The notes beneath the pieces were generated by a model. That model was not told the DNA's origin and did no database searches. It saw nothing but the letters and a program-made list of their open reading frames with translations. Below, one piece after another: positions 55,967 through 64,000 of a stretch of DNA of 64,000 bases; position 1 is the first letter of the stretch, and every line of letters starts with the position of its first letter. Location: positions 2,991-66,990 of the forward strand of contig DATEHQ010000182.1 of the NCBI GenBank assembly GCA_035279525.1, written 5' to 3'. Source of the stretch: Candidatus Dormiibacterota bacterium (GTDB taxonomy: Bacteria > Chloroflexota > Dormibacteria > Dormibacterales > Dormibacteraceae). A program made the translations under genes and the position numbers.

Positions 55967-56560
55967 CTAATAAGGTGCACAAGTCTCGAAGTCGCGGTGG
56001 AGGTCGCCCTTGTCCAGGTGGACGTAGCGCACGACCATCACGTAGATCGTGTGACCGAGGATCCGGCGCAGCCGTTCGATCTCACCGCCACGTCGCAGAC
56101 ACTCGGTGGCGAAGGTGTGGCGGAATTTGTGGCGTAGACGCGAAAGCCCAGGCGGCGATGAAGGCGACCAAAGAGGTGGGTCTACACAACCGACCGTTAC
56201 CGGCGTGCCATGCGACAGGACGAGCAGCCGATCTGACGCACAGTCCGGCGATTGGCGTAGCGGACCAGCACGCGGCGCAGCTGCCGGCTGCCGGGTACCC
56301 GCTGGAACTTAGCTCCCTTGCCGCGTTTGATCTTCAAAAGGCGGCATCGCCGTCGTCCTCGGTGCCTCCAAGGTCAGGGCGCATAGCTCCTTGGCCAGGC
56401 AGCGCTTGAACTCATGCCCGGTCAGCTCGGACAGGATCTTGGCCGAGCCGTAACGCTCGTACCGCTCCCGTTGGTCCGCGACTGGCTGCTCGAGCTTCAG
56501 GTCCGCGGCCGGAGCCAGCGGACGATCGCGCCAGACGCCGACCCCCAGGGACCGGGTTCC
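55967..56560 (-). pseudogene. Tyrosine recombinase/integrase remnant (frameshifted and truncated)
   Basis: On the minus strand the C-terminal catalytic region is intact in one frame (RHTFATECLRRGGEIERLRRILGHTIYVMVVRYVHLD, stop TAG at 55967-55969). The upstream segments (KIKRGKGAKFQRVPGSRQLRRVLVRY and LFGRLHRRLGF) lie in other frames. No long ORF is reported here. Confidence 0.7.
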
Positions 56561-56636
56561 GAATTCAATCTAGCCTTGAGGCGCGCTCCCGAAAAGCACA
56601 GTAACGGTGCCGCCAGGGCCAGCCGTTAGACATGCG

Positions 56637-56723
56637 TGGTGCCGAGAGCGGGAGTCGAACCCGCACGTCCTTGCGGACATCGGTTTTTGAGACCGACGCG
56701 TCTGCCTGTTCCGCCACCTCGGC
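56637..56723 (-). tRNA. tRNA-Leu (anticodon CAA), CCA encoded
   Basis: Reverse complement: GCCGAGGTGGCGGAACAGGCAGACGCGTCGGTCTCAAAAACCGATGTCCGCAAGGACGTGCGGGTTCGACTCCCGCTCTCGGCACCA. Anticodon loop CTCAAAA. Confidence 0.9.
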
Positions 56724-56758
56724 GACGTCCTGGCGAGCCACGACCATACCATTGGCCG

Positions 56759-57346
56759 ATGCGACCCGCCCTCATCCTCCTGGCCACCGCACTGCTGGCG
56801 GGCTGCGGCCCCAATCTCGCGCCCAGCGCGGCCGTGTCGCCCGGATCGAGCCCAAGCTCGGCCGCATCCGCGCCGAGGATCGGCGCGCCTCCGGTGGCCC
56901 CGCCGACGCCGCCAGGCAACGCTCTTCCCAACTTCGCCTGCGCTGACGTCAGCGGCGGCAGGACCGGCGTCGCCAACGCGATCACCGCGCGGGTCGCCGA
57001 GCAGCAGGGCTACGACCGCTTCGTCCTGCAGTTCGACTCGATCATTCCGCTGTACACCGTGAAGCGCCAGGCCAAGCCAGTCTTCAGCTCAGGCGGCAGC
57101 GGAAAGCCCGTGACCATGAACGGTGCGGCGGGAGTCCTCGTCACCGTCCACTCCGCAACCGCCGTGAACACCTTCACCGGCCCGACCGACCTGCTGCATC
57201 CGGAGTACCAGGTGCTGTTCGAAGCCAAACAGGTGGAGGACTACGAGGGCTACTACGCGTGGGGACTTGCCCTCAGCAAGCCCGCCTGCATGCGTGTCTT
57301 CGTGCTGCAGGAACCAGCCCGCCTGGTCATCGACTTCCAGGCCTGA
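56759..57346 (+). CDS. Lipoprotein with a beta-rich domain ending in RLVIDF (AMIN-like, tentative)
   Basis: Lipobox LLAGCG after MRPALILLATA. The ORF-track start at 56636 runs through the tRNA and is rejected. The C-terminus is ARLVIDFQA. Confidence 0.65.
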   Translation: MRPALILLATALLAGCGPNLAPSAAVSPGSSPSSAASAPRIGAPPVAPPTPPGNALPNFACADVSGGRTGVANAITARVAEQQGYDRFVLQFDSIIPLYTVKRQAKPVFSSGGSGKPVTMNGAAGVLVTVHSATAVNTFTGPTDLLHPEYQVLFEAKQVEDYEGYYAWGLALSKPACMRVFVLQEPARLVIDFQA

Positions 57347-57449
57347 CCCCGGCCTCGTCCGCATCGATCCCGCGGCTGTTCGGGGCCCGCGACCCACTCG
57401 AGCGAGTTAGTGATCAGGCGGGCCGTTCAACCGTTAATGTTCCCCGGCG

Positions 57450-58883
57450 ATGGCGATAGAGCCACCGCCCGCGCCACCTCCCGCGCCGCAGGTCCAGCAG
57501 CAGGCGGTTCCTCCGGCGACCACCCCGAGATCCGGATGCTTCGGCCGGGGGTGCGGGTGCGGCTGCGGCGGCTGTCTTTTGGTCGTGATCCTCGTCGTGC
57601 TGCTCACGCTCGGCGGGGGGTACTGGTTCTTCGTCGTCCAGGCGTCCGCCGCGGTGAACGCACCGGCCACCCTCATCATCTTCAACCAGCCGGTCACCGT
57701 CGATGGCCACCCGGGAATCGCCGGCGAATCGCTGAACCCGGGCAGCACGGTGGCCACCGGCGCCGCCGGCCACGCGCAGGTTCAATTCCCTGACGGCTCG
57801 TTCGTGCGACTGTCGCCGAACACGACGGTCACCGTCACGGCGGTCCAGCTGCAGAAGACCGGGCGGCTGCAGACAGCCCAGGTCGTGCAGAAGGTCGGCC
57901 GCACGTTCACCGACGTGGAGCACCTGGCGAGCGGAGCGTCGTTCCAGGTCAACGGCCACTCGGTCAGCGCTCAGGTCCGCGGTACGCAGTTCGAGATACT
58001 GGTCCGGCCCGACGGGACGAACCGGATCTGGGCGTTCGTGGGCACGGTCACCATTTCGGGCCGGACGACAGTCCAGCTGCATGCCGGGCAGGAGATCGAC
58101 GCGGACTCGGGCGGCAGCTTGAACAACCTGAGGTCGAGCCAGTTCGACGTGCAGGACGCCAACCCGCTGACGTTCGAGTGCACGCAGGACATCTCGAGCG
58201 GCACGACCGCCGGCACCACCCAGACCTGGAACGGCGACGACCTCGCCACGGGGCAGACGGCCGAGAACGACTACTACTCGACCGGGGGCAACCTGACGCT
58301 GTCGCTGTGCTACCCGGGCAGCCTGATGAGCATCACCCTCACCACTCCAGACGGTCACGTGATGTCGCACCAGGGACCGCCGCCGGTGATCATCAGGGTC
58401 CCCAACGGCGCGCCGGGCCTGTACAAGGCGGTGGTCAAGGCGATCAGCGTCTCGTCGAACGGCGAGCCGTACTCGATCGCGTTCGCGACCGACGCACCAT
58501 GTGCGTCGGCGAACGTCGACACGGCCGGCGTCGTGAGGCAGACGCTGAGCACCAACCAGCTGTCCAGCTCACTCTCACAGGCAGGCATCAGCCTGCAGGT
58601 GGTGGGCGTCTCTGCGACATCGTCGACGGTCACCTATTTCGGGAAGCTCAACGGCGTGCCGATCACCTGGACGCTGGCGATCACCTCTGGCACACCCAAC
58701 CTGAGCGTCGTGGTCACCTCGGTGACGGTGAACGGGATCAACTTCACCCCGAAGGTCGTGTCCTACCTCAGCTCGGTCGGCGTGTCCTTGAACTCGCTGC
58801 CGACGGGCTTCACAGTCGACCGCGTGTACTCCTGCGCCGGGGCTGATGGAGACACCGTGATGGTGGTTGAAGGCCACCGGTAG
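57450..58883 (+). CDS. Membrane-anchored FecR-domain protein with PPC-like and C-terminal beta domains (paralog 1)
   Basis: Pro/Cys/Gly-rich N-terminus, a TM helix (LLVVILVVLLTLGGGYWFFVV) and a FecR-like core (GHAQVQFPDGSFVRLSPNTTVTV...VRGTQFEILV). A block follows that resembles pre-peptidase C-terminal domains (LSLCYPGSLMSITLTTPDG...GLYKAVVKA). Confidence 0.7.
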   Translation: MAIEPPPAPPPAPQVQQQAVPPATTPRSGCFGRGCGCGCGGCLLVVILVVLLTLGGGYWFFVVQASAAVNAPATLIIFNQPVTVDGHPGIAGESLNPGSTVATGAAGHAQVQFPDGSFVRLSPNTTVTVTAVQLQKTGRLQTAQVVQKVGRTFTDVEHLASGASFQVNGHSVSAQVRGTQFEILVRPDGTNRIWAFVGTVTISGRTTVQLHAGQEIDADSGGSLNNLRSSQFDVQDANPLTFECTQDISSGTTAGTTQTWNGDDLATGQTAENDYYSTGGNLTLSLCYPGSLMSITLTTPDGHVMSHQGPPPVIIRVPNGAPGLYKAVVKAISVSSNGEPYSIAFATDAPCASANVDTAGVVRQTLSTNQLSSSLSQAGISLQVVGVSATSSTVTYFGKLNGVPITWTLAITSGTPNLSVVVTSVTVNGINFTPKVVSYLSSVGVSLNSLPTGFTVDRVYSCAGADGDTVMVVEGHR

Positions 58884-58948
58884 GTATCGCCTGCCGGCCC
58901 TAAACTGGGGGCGAAACCGCCCCCGGTGAGCTATCTTTCCCGGGCACC

Positions 58949-60331
58949 ATGAGCGCCGTCGCCCGCCCGCTGCCTCGACGCCGTGGCGGACGACGCATCC
59001 TGATCGTCCTGGTGGTGCTGATCCTGATCATCGCCGGGGTGGTGGTCTGGCTGAACGTCGCGGCCCAGGCCGCGATCAACGTGTCAGGCACCCTGACCGT
59101 TTATCAGCCTGTGGCCTCGGTCAAGCACGGAGCGGGCGGCACCTACTCGGCGGCGACCACCGGCGCCACCGTGCAGCCCGGCGATTCGGTCCAGACCGAC
59201 GCGAAGGGCCGCGCGGCCCTGGGGTTGCCCGACGGAACGCTGACCAGGCTGGCCAGCCAGAGCACCATCACGCTCAGCTCGGCGCACTTCTCGAAGAGCG
59301 GAAACCTGCACGACGTGAAGCTGCTGCAGGAGGTCGGGCGGACGTTCACCAACGTGCAGCACCTGGTCTCGGGTGCGACCTTCCAGGTCGCCGGGCAGTC
59401 TGCCACCGCTACCGTCCGTGGCACCAAGTTCGAGGTGTACATCACTCCCAACGGCACGATGGTCGTGAAGCTCTTCGAAGGCGCGCTCGACTTCGATGGC
59501 AAGAACCACGTCCACCTTGTCGCTCCGGAGCAGGCTACGGCTGACCCCGAGGGCAATGTTGGCCCGGCCGGACCGATCCAACCCGATCCCAACGACCCGT
59601 TCGGTCCCGCGCTTGCCGCGTCGAACGCGGTCGAAGCCGGGACGACGCCCGGCACGGAGCAGGACTCGGTCGGCGGGCCTCTGCACAACGGGGAGACGCA
59701 GACGTACAGCTACAGCTACGCGGGCGGCGCGCTCGTCAAGGGCTCGCTCGGTTACCCGGGCAGCGCGATGAAGCTGACGATCAAGGCGCCGGACAACCAG
59801 ACGTACACCGGCACCGGCCCATCACCCATCGTGGTGGTCGTCAACAACGGTCCGCCGGGGATTTACACGATCACCGTCACGGGCGTCAGCGGCCTTGGTC
59901 CGAATGGTGAAGAGCCATTCCTCGCGGTCGCGTCGGTCGAAGCATGCGCCACGGCTGATGTCGAGTCGGGTGGCGCTGTCCACCGCGGTTACACAGCCCA
60001 GGACCTGTCGAGCACCGTGAACGTGACCGGGTTGACGAACCTCCACCTCACCATCAACGGAGACTCGACCGCCGGCGCGATCATCAACGGCAGCGGAACC
60101 TACAACGGCGTGGGATGGAGCGGGTCGGTCGTGATGGTGGCGCGCAACGGCACGCTGGACATCATGGCGGTGGGCGCGCAGGTGTTCGGCATGAGCGTTC
60201 CGGCTCAGCAGATCGCGTCGCAGATCGCGACGACGATCGGCCAGGACCCCTCCAGCTTGAACCCAGGCTTCGCGGTCGACCGCGTGTTCACCTGCAATTC
60301 GGTGCTGATGATCGACGGCCGCACGGCCTGA
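58949..60331 (+). CDS. Membrane-anchored FecR-domain protein with PPC-like and C-terminal beta domains (paralog 2)
   Basis: Same architecture as 57450..58883 (GRAALGLPDGTLTRLASQSTITL...VRGTKFEVYI; GSLGYPGSAMKLTIKAPDN...GIYTITVTG). The two align along their full length by eye. Confidence 0.7.
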   Translation: MSAVARPLPRRRGGRRILIVLVVLILIIAGVVVWLNVAAQAAINVSGTLTVYQPVASVKHGAGGTYSAATTGATVQPGDSVQTDAKGRAALGLPDGTLTRLASQSTITLSSAHFSKSGNLHDVKLLQEVGRTFTNVQHLVSGATFQVAGQSATATVRGTKFEVYITPNGTMVVKLFEGALDFDGKNHVHLVAPEQATADPEGNVGPAGPIQPDPNDPFGPALAASNAVEAGTTPGTEQDSVGGPLHNGETQTYSYSYAGGALVKGSLGYPGSAMKLTIKAPDNQTYTGTGPSPIVVVVNNGPPGIYTITVTGVSGLGPNGEEPFLAVASVEACATADVESGGAVHRGYTAQDLSSTVNVTGLTNLHLTINGDSTAGAIINGSGTYNGVGWSGSVVMVARNGTLDIMAVGAQVFGMSVPAQQIASQIATTIGQDPSSLNPGFAVDRVFTCNSVLMIDGRTA

Positions 60332-60348
60332 ACCGCCGCCGCCGGCCT

Positions 60349-61506
60349 CTAGCGGCCGAACAGCCTCGAGATCAGCTTCAGCCCCGGACCCGCGACCAGC
60401 CAGACCGTCTCCCCCACACCGACGACCGCGAAGAGGGACGCGGTGAGGCCGAACCCGACCTTCAGGCGGCTCCAGCCCAGCGACTTCCCCGCGACCCTCG
60501 GCTGCGCTTTCGACTCGGGCTTCGGTGCGTGGTTGGCTTCGCTTCTCGCTCCGCGCCTCAGCGGTTCGATCTTCGGCGGCTGCCGCCGGCGCACTATGGC
60601 CGGCCCTCCATTGGGCGAGGTGAGCGCGGACTCGAGCACGTCGAGAAGCTCGCCGGCCGTGGCGGGGCGCCGGTCGGGGTCGCGATCCATCGCCTGCTGC
60701 AAGACCGAGGCGAAATTGGCCGGGAGCTCGGGCACCACATCGCGCACGCTCGGCGGAGCCTCATACAGCCGGCGGCTCAAGGTTTCGATCCAGCTCTTGG
60801 AGGAGAAGGGCCGGCGGCCCGTCACCGCCTCGAAGATGACTGCGGCCATCGAGTACACATCGGCGCGGCCGTCGACCTCGCGGCCGACCAGGCGCTCGGG
60901 CGCGACGTAGTCAGGCGCGATGGGTCCGCTGCCGCCGGGTCCGGTGTTGAACGACGCGACGGTGCCGAGGCCGAAGCCCGTGAGCAGGGTGCGGCCGTCG
61001 TCGGCGAGCAGGATGTTCGCCGGCTTGACGTCGCGATGCACGGTCGCGCGCGAATGGGCGTAGTCGAGCGCACTCGCGATGGGTCGCAGCAGCGAGATGA
61101 TGCCGATCGGCTCATAGCGCTGGCCGTCGCCCATGAGCTGGTCGAGGGTGCGGCCAGGGACCATCTCGGTGACCAGGTACGGTGATTCGCCGTCGTACGC
61201 GAGCTCATAGAGGCGTGGGATGGCCTCGTGCTCGAGCGCGGTGTAGGAGCGGAGCTCGAGCAGGAAGCGGCGCGAGAAGCTGACGTCCCGCGCGACGTTG
61301 GAGCCGATCGTGCGCACGGCGACGCGACGGTGCAGCCGCGGATGTTCCGCTTCGTACACCGAACCCAGGCTGTCCGTCTCCAGCTCGCGCAGCACGCGGT
61401 AGCCGCCGATGCTCTGGTGTCCGTTGCTCGCAGCCTTGGGCCGTGACCCGTTCTTTTCCGGGGCGGCGCCGTGCGCTTGCCCGGATGGGGGAGCTTCCTG
61501 TCCCAC
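60349..61506 (-). CDS. Membrane-anchored Hanks-type kinase homologue with degenerate catalytic motifs (predicted pseudokinase)
   Basis: HRDVKPANIL and VAPE are retained. The G-loop reads ETDSLGSV, the beta3 motif reads VAVR (Lys to Arg) and the DFG motif reads GFG. A C-terminal TM helix is present (GFGLTASLFAVVGVG). GTG start. Confidence 0.75.
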   Translation of the reverse strand: MGQEAPPSGQAHGAAPEKNGSRPKAASNGHQSIGGYRVLRELETDSLGSVYEAEHPRLHRRVAVRTIGSNVARDVSFSRRFLLELRSYTALEHEAIPRLYELAYDGESPYLVTEMVPGRTLDQLMGDGQRYEPIGIISLLRPIASALDYAHSRATVHRDVKPANILLADDGRTLLTGFGLGTVASFNTGPGGSGPIAPDYVAPERLVGREVDGRADVYSMAAVIFEAVTGRRPFSSKSWIETLSRRLYEAPPSVRDVVPELPANFASVLQQAMDRDPDRRPATAGELLDVLESALTSPNGGPAIVRRRQPPKIEPLRRGARSEANHAPKPESKAQPRVAGKSLGWSRLKVGFGLTASLFAVVGVGETVWLVAGPGLKLISRLFGR

Positions 61507-61539
61507 GAAAGCTGAACTTTAGGCTACCCGGCCGGGTTC

Positions 61540-61625
61540 TGGTGTCGGCGAGAGGATTTGAACCTCCACGCCCTTTCGGGCACCAGCTCCTAAGGCTGGC
61601 GCGTCTGCCATTCCGCCACGCCGAC
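61540..61625 (-). tRNA. tRNA-Leu (anticodon TAG), CCA encoded
   Basis: Reverse complement: GTCGGCGTGGCGGAATGGCAGACGCGCCAGCCTTAGGAGCTGGTGCCCGAAAGGGCGTGGAGGTTCAAATCCTCTCGCCGACACCA. Anticodon loop CTTAGGA. Confidence 0.9.
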
Positions 61626-61662
61626 TTCGGACAAGATACGTCGCCAGGTTGATCTCGCCTCC

Positions 61663-61733
61663 CCTCCGGAGAGGCCGGACTATCCGGGTCGCAGGCGGCC
61701 CCCCAGGTCGGAGAGGCCGGACTATCCGGGGGG
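61663..61733. repeat. Two copies of the GGAGAGGCCGGACTATCC dyad repeat, 42-bp period, next to tRNA-Leu(TAG)
   Basis: cctccGGAGAGGCCGGACTATCCgggtc (61663-61690) and aggtcGGAGAGGCCGGACTATCCgggggg (61705-61733). The second copy contains the stop codon of the S9 peptidase gene. The core is the same as at 25946-26013. Confidence 0.8.
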
Positions 61734-63674
61734 TTCGCCGCGGAAGTTGGCCATCTCGACCGGTTCGATCTGGTCCGCCGGCTGGAATTCGAAGATGCGG
61801 GCCAGGAAGTAAAGCTCACCTTCGATCGAGCGTTTGATGTTGCGGTCCTGCCGGAAGCCGTGCTGCTCGCCCTCGAACGGAATGTATGCGTAAGGCAGCC
61901 CATTCTTCTTGCACACCGCCACAAACGTCTCGGCCTGGCTCGGTGGCACCACCCTGTCCTCGAGGCCCTGGAACAGGATCACCGGACAGCGCAGGCTGTC
62001 CGCGAAGTAGATCGCTGAGCGGTCGTGGTACACGTCGGCCCGCTCCGGGTACCGACCGACCAGCGTCTCGCAGTAATGCGATTCGAACTTGTGCGTCTCC
62101 TTGATGAACAGCTCCAGGTCGCCGATTCCGTAGTGGCTCGCGCCGGCGTTGTAGAAATCGCGCTTGGTGAGCGACAGCAGCGTCGTGTAGCCACCGGCGG
62201 AGCCCCCGGTGATGGAAACACGCTCGCTGTCGGCCAGACCCTCGTTCACCAGGTGTCGCGCTGCGTTGATGCAGTCGTCGACGTCGACCACCCCCCACTG
62301 CCGGTTGAGCCGCTGCCGGTACGCGCGCCCGTAACCCGCAGAACCGCCGTAGTTGACGTCGACCAGCGCGATGCCGCGGCTGGTCCAGTACTGGTACTCG
62401 AATGGGTAGATCTGCCCCGCCGAACCGGTTGGGCCGCCATGACAGTGGACGACCAGCGGCGGTTTCTCATCCGGCGGCGCATCGAAGTCCTTGTTCCTCG
62501 GCGCGTAGTAGAACGCGTGGGCGGTGAGCCCGTTTTCCGTTTGAAACTCGACGGGCCGCGGCGTGCTCAGGTAACCCGCGTCGATGTGCGCGGGGTTCGC
62601 GACCCTGACCACGTCCTCGGCCTGCGTGTCGAGGTCGATGACCAGCACGCGCTCCGCGAGCGTCGACGACCCCGCATAAAAGGCCGCCTTGCGGCCGTGG
62701 ACCTGCACGCCGTGGAGGCCCGAATACAGGAGCTGGACGTGGTTCAGCGTCCCGGTGTTCAGGTCGAGCCGGCCCAGCCTCGTGCCGCTCGCCACCGTGT
62801 AGAGGGAGACGATCTCGTCCGGACCCGCGAAGTCATAAAAGCGCTGGCCGAACACCCAGTGGGGCGCGCCGAACTCCGCAGCGTACCGGCACACCGGCTC
62901 GTCGCCCTCGCCGCGCGCGCGATAGAGGTTCCACCAGTCGGTGCGATCCGACACGAAATAGAGCTCGCCGAGCGGCGACCACTCCGGCTGCAGGATCGAC
63001 TCGCCTTCGCCGCCCGCAATCTTGCGCGACGACTTGATCCGCCCATGCGCATCGAGCTCGCCGATCCACAGCTCGGTGCCGTCCCACGGCATGTTCGGGT
63101 GATTCCACGTGGTCCACGCTAGCCGGCTTCCATCCGGGCTCAGTCTGGGTGACGAGTAGAAGTCGCCGCCGGCCGCGATGGTGTGCGCCTCTCCTCCGGC
63201 GGCCGGCAGCGCGACCAGGGTGTTGACCGGTTCCACAGCACCGGTCGTGTGGTCCTCGCGCACCGCGAAGATCAGGTCGCGCCGCGCATCGACCGCCATG
63301 TCGGCGTGCCGGACGTCGGCGTCGGGCGTGATCGGCTGCGGATCCCGGCCGCCCTCCTGTCGGTACAGGCGCTGGTCCTCGAAATTCGTGAACCAGACCG
63401 TGCCCCTGCTCACTGCGAAATGGCCGCCACCATATTCGTGCACGCGGGAGCGAGCGTTGAATCCCGGCGGAGTGACATCGGCCGTGACGCCGCCCGCCGC
63501 GCGCCTGCAGACGACGATGCGACCGCCCTCGTCAGGACGGAGTTCGGACCAGTACAGGTCCTCGCCGTCCCACCGCAGCATCTGGTTGCGCAGCTGGACC
63601 GTGCCACGCAGGAGCAGCTCTGGCGTGATGGGCGAGGCCCACGAACCGTAGGGGGCTACGGTCCGGGCGGTCAC
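61722..63674 (-). CDS. S9-family serine peptidase (prolyl oligopeptidase / acylaminoacyl-peptidase-like)
   Basis: N-terminal beta-propeller region and a C-terminal alpha/beta hydrolase with the nucleophile motif GGSAGGYT, plus later Asp/His blocks ([14 protein letters not shown]). The GTG 63674 start overlaps the thiolase stop (GTGA). The upstream part of the 758-aa ORF is wrong-frame read-through. Confidence 0.85.
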   Translation of the reverse strand: MTARTVAPYGSWASPITPELLLRGTVQLRNQMLRWDGEDLYWSELRPDEGGRIVVCRRAAGGVTADVTPPGFNARSRVHEYGGGHFAVSRGTVWFTNFEDQRLYRQEGGRDPQPITPDADVRHADMAVDARRDLIFAVREDHTTGAVEPVNTLVALPAAGGEAHTIAAGGDFYSSPRLSPDGSRLAWTTWNHPNMPWDGTELWIGELDAHGRIKSSRKIAGGEGESILQPEWSPLGELYFVSDRTDWWNLYRARGEGDEPVCRYAAEFGAPHWVFGQRFYDFAGPDEIVSLYTVASGTRLGRLDLNTGTLNHVQLLYSGLHGVQVHGRKAAFYAGSSTLAERVLVIDLDTQAEDVVRVANPAHIDAGYLSTPRPVEFQTENGLTAHAFYYAPRNKDFDAPPDEKPPLVVHCHGGPTGSAGQIYPFEYQYWTSRGIALVDVNYGGSAGYGRAYRQRLNRQWGVVDVDDCINAARHLVNEGLADSERVSITGGSAGGYTTLLSLTKRDFYNAGASHYGIGDLELFIKETHKFESHYCETLVGRYPERADVYHDRSAIYFADSLRCPVILFQGLEDRVVPPSQAETFVAVCKKNGLPYAYIPFEGEQHGFRQDRNIKRSIEGELYFLARIFEFQPADQIEPVEMANFRGEPPG

Positions 63675-64000
63675 GCTTCGGGACGTCGAACGATCAGCGC
63701 GTCGCCCTGGCCGCCGCCGCCGCAAAGCGCGGCCGCGCCGGTGCGCAGTCCCCGGCGCCTGAGCTCGCCCGCCACGGTGAGCACGAGGCGCGCGCCGCTG
63801 GCGCCGATGGGATGGCCCAACGCGACAGCGCCGCCGTTGACGTTGACGCGCTCCTCGTCGAGCTCGAGCATGCGAGTCGCGTTGAGCGCGACAGCGGCGA
63901 AGGCCTCGTTGATCTCGACCAGGTCGAGGTCGCCGGCCTCGAGGCCTGCCTTCTTCAAGGCCTTGCTGAGCGCAAGCGCGGGCACCGTGTGCAGCCACGA
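63671..64000 (-). CDS. Acetyl-CoA acetyltransferase (thiolase), C-terminal part; the gene continues beyond the window
   Basis: Thiolase C-terminal signatures [28 protein letters not shown] and CGGGGQG. The 5' end is cut by the window edge. Confidence 0.85.
   Translation of the reverse strand, partial: SWLHTVPALALSKALKKAGLEAGDLDLVEINEAFAAVALNATRMLELDEERVNVNGGAVALGHPIGASGARLVLTVAGELRRRGLRTGAAALCGGGGQGDALIVRRPEA

Larger units (their letters stand above)
53856..56636. mobile_element. Small degraded integrative island abutting the 3' end of tRNA-Leu(CAA)
   Basis: The region is visibly less GC-rich than its flanks. It contains an excisionase-type HTH gene, two orphan genes and a frameshifted tyrosine-recombinase remnant next to the tRNA 3' end. 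No att direct repeat was found by eye. Confidence 0.5.

Noticed and set aside
53856-56636. att direct repeat (a copy of the tRNA-Leu(CAA) 3' end) at the distal island border
   Set aside because: No copy of tggtgccgagagcgggagtcgaaccc, or a substantial part of it, was found by eye near 53856-53920. The island boundaries therefore remain inferred from composition and gene content only.
56636-56758. N-terminal extension of the 236-aa ORF (start at 56636)
   Set aside because: The extension is the reverse strand of tRNA-Leu(CAA). A proper lipoprotein signal begins at ATG 56759.
18035-61625. Possibility that one of the five tRNAs is tRNA-Sec (selC), to go with selA/selB
   Set aside because: The anticodon loops read GAG, TCG, CAG, CAA and TAG. 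All have standard 7-bp acceptor stems, and the long variable arms are Leu-type. None has a TCA anticodon.

Overview
GC-rich bacterial chromosomal segment. Codon third positions are strongly G/C, GTG/TTG starts are frequent, and many genes are translationally coupled by 1-4 nt overlaps. I resolve about 60 protein genes, five tRNA genes (four tRNA-Leu isoacceptors and one tRNA-Arg) and several tandem or dyad-symmetric repeat families. Many long ORFs in the track are antisense or wrong-frame artefacts of the high GC content. Housekeeping blocks: metF; selA-selB (selenocysteine machinery, no selC or selD in the window); hom-thrC-thrB-lysC; a MerR-HTH/TOBE regulator with modABC; livJHM with a fused livG-livF; csp; typA; lctP; a GMC oxidoreductase; an S9 peptidase; a partial thiolase. 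Items worth a second look: (1) a signal-peptide gene upstream of an ECF sigma/anti-sigma pair whose single reading frame is broken only by two in-frame TAG codons; (2) a 940-960 aa fusion of an intact Hanks-type Ser/Thr kinase, a Cys/His cluster, an uncharacterised middle region and a C-terminal AAA+ ATPase; (3) two paralogous membrane-anchored FecR-domain proteins, flanked by a lipoprotein and a membrane-anchored predicted pseudokinase; (4) a tightly coupled DUF1800 / DUF1501 / small secreted protein / ApbE / ferric-reductase-like membrane protein cluster; (5) a small degraded integrative island at tRNA-Leu(CAA); (6) 41-42 bp-phased dyad repeats next to three of the four tRNA-Leu genes, plus a composite 37-bp/28-bp tandem-repeat block upstream of ppk2; (7) an orphan GcvH-like protein with Asp in place of the lipoyl-lysine. 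No CRISPR array, reverse transcriptase or recognisable named defence system was seen. All functional calls come from reading motifs by eye, not from database searches.
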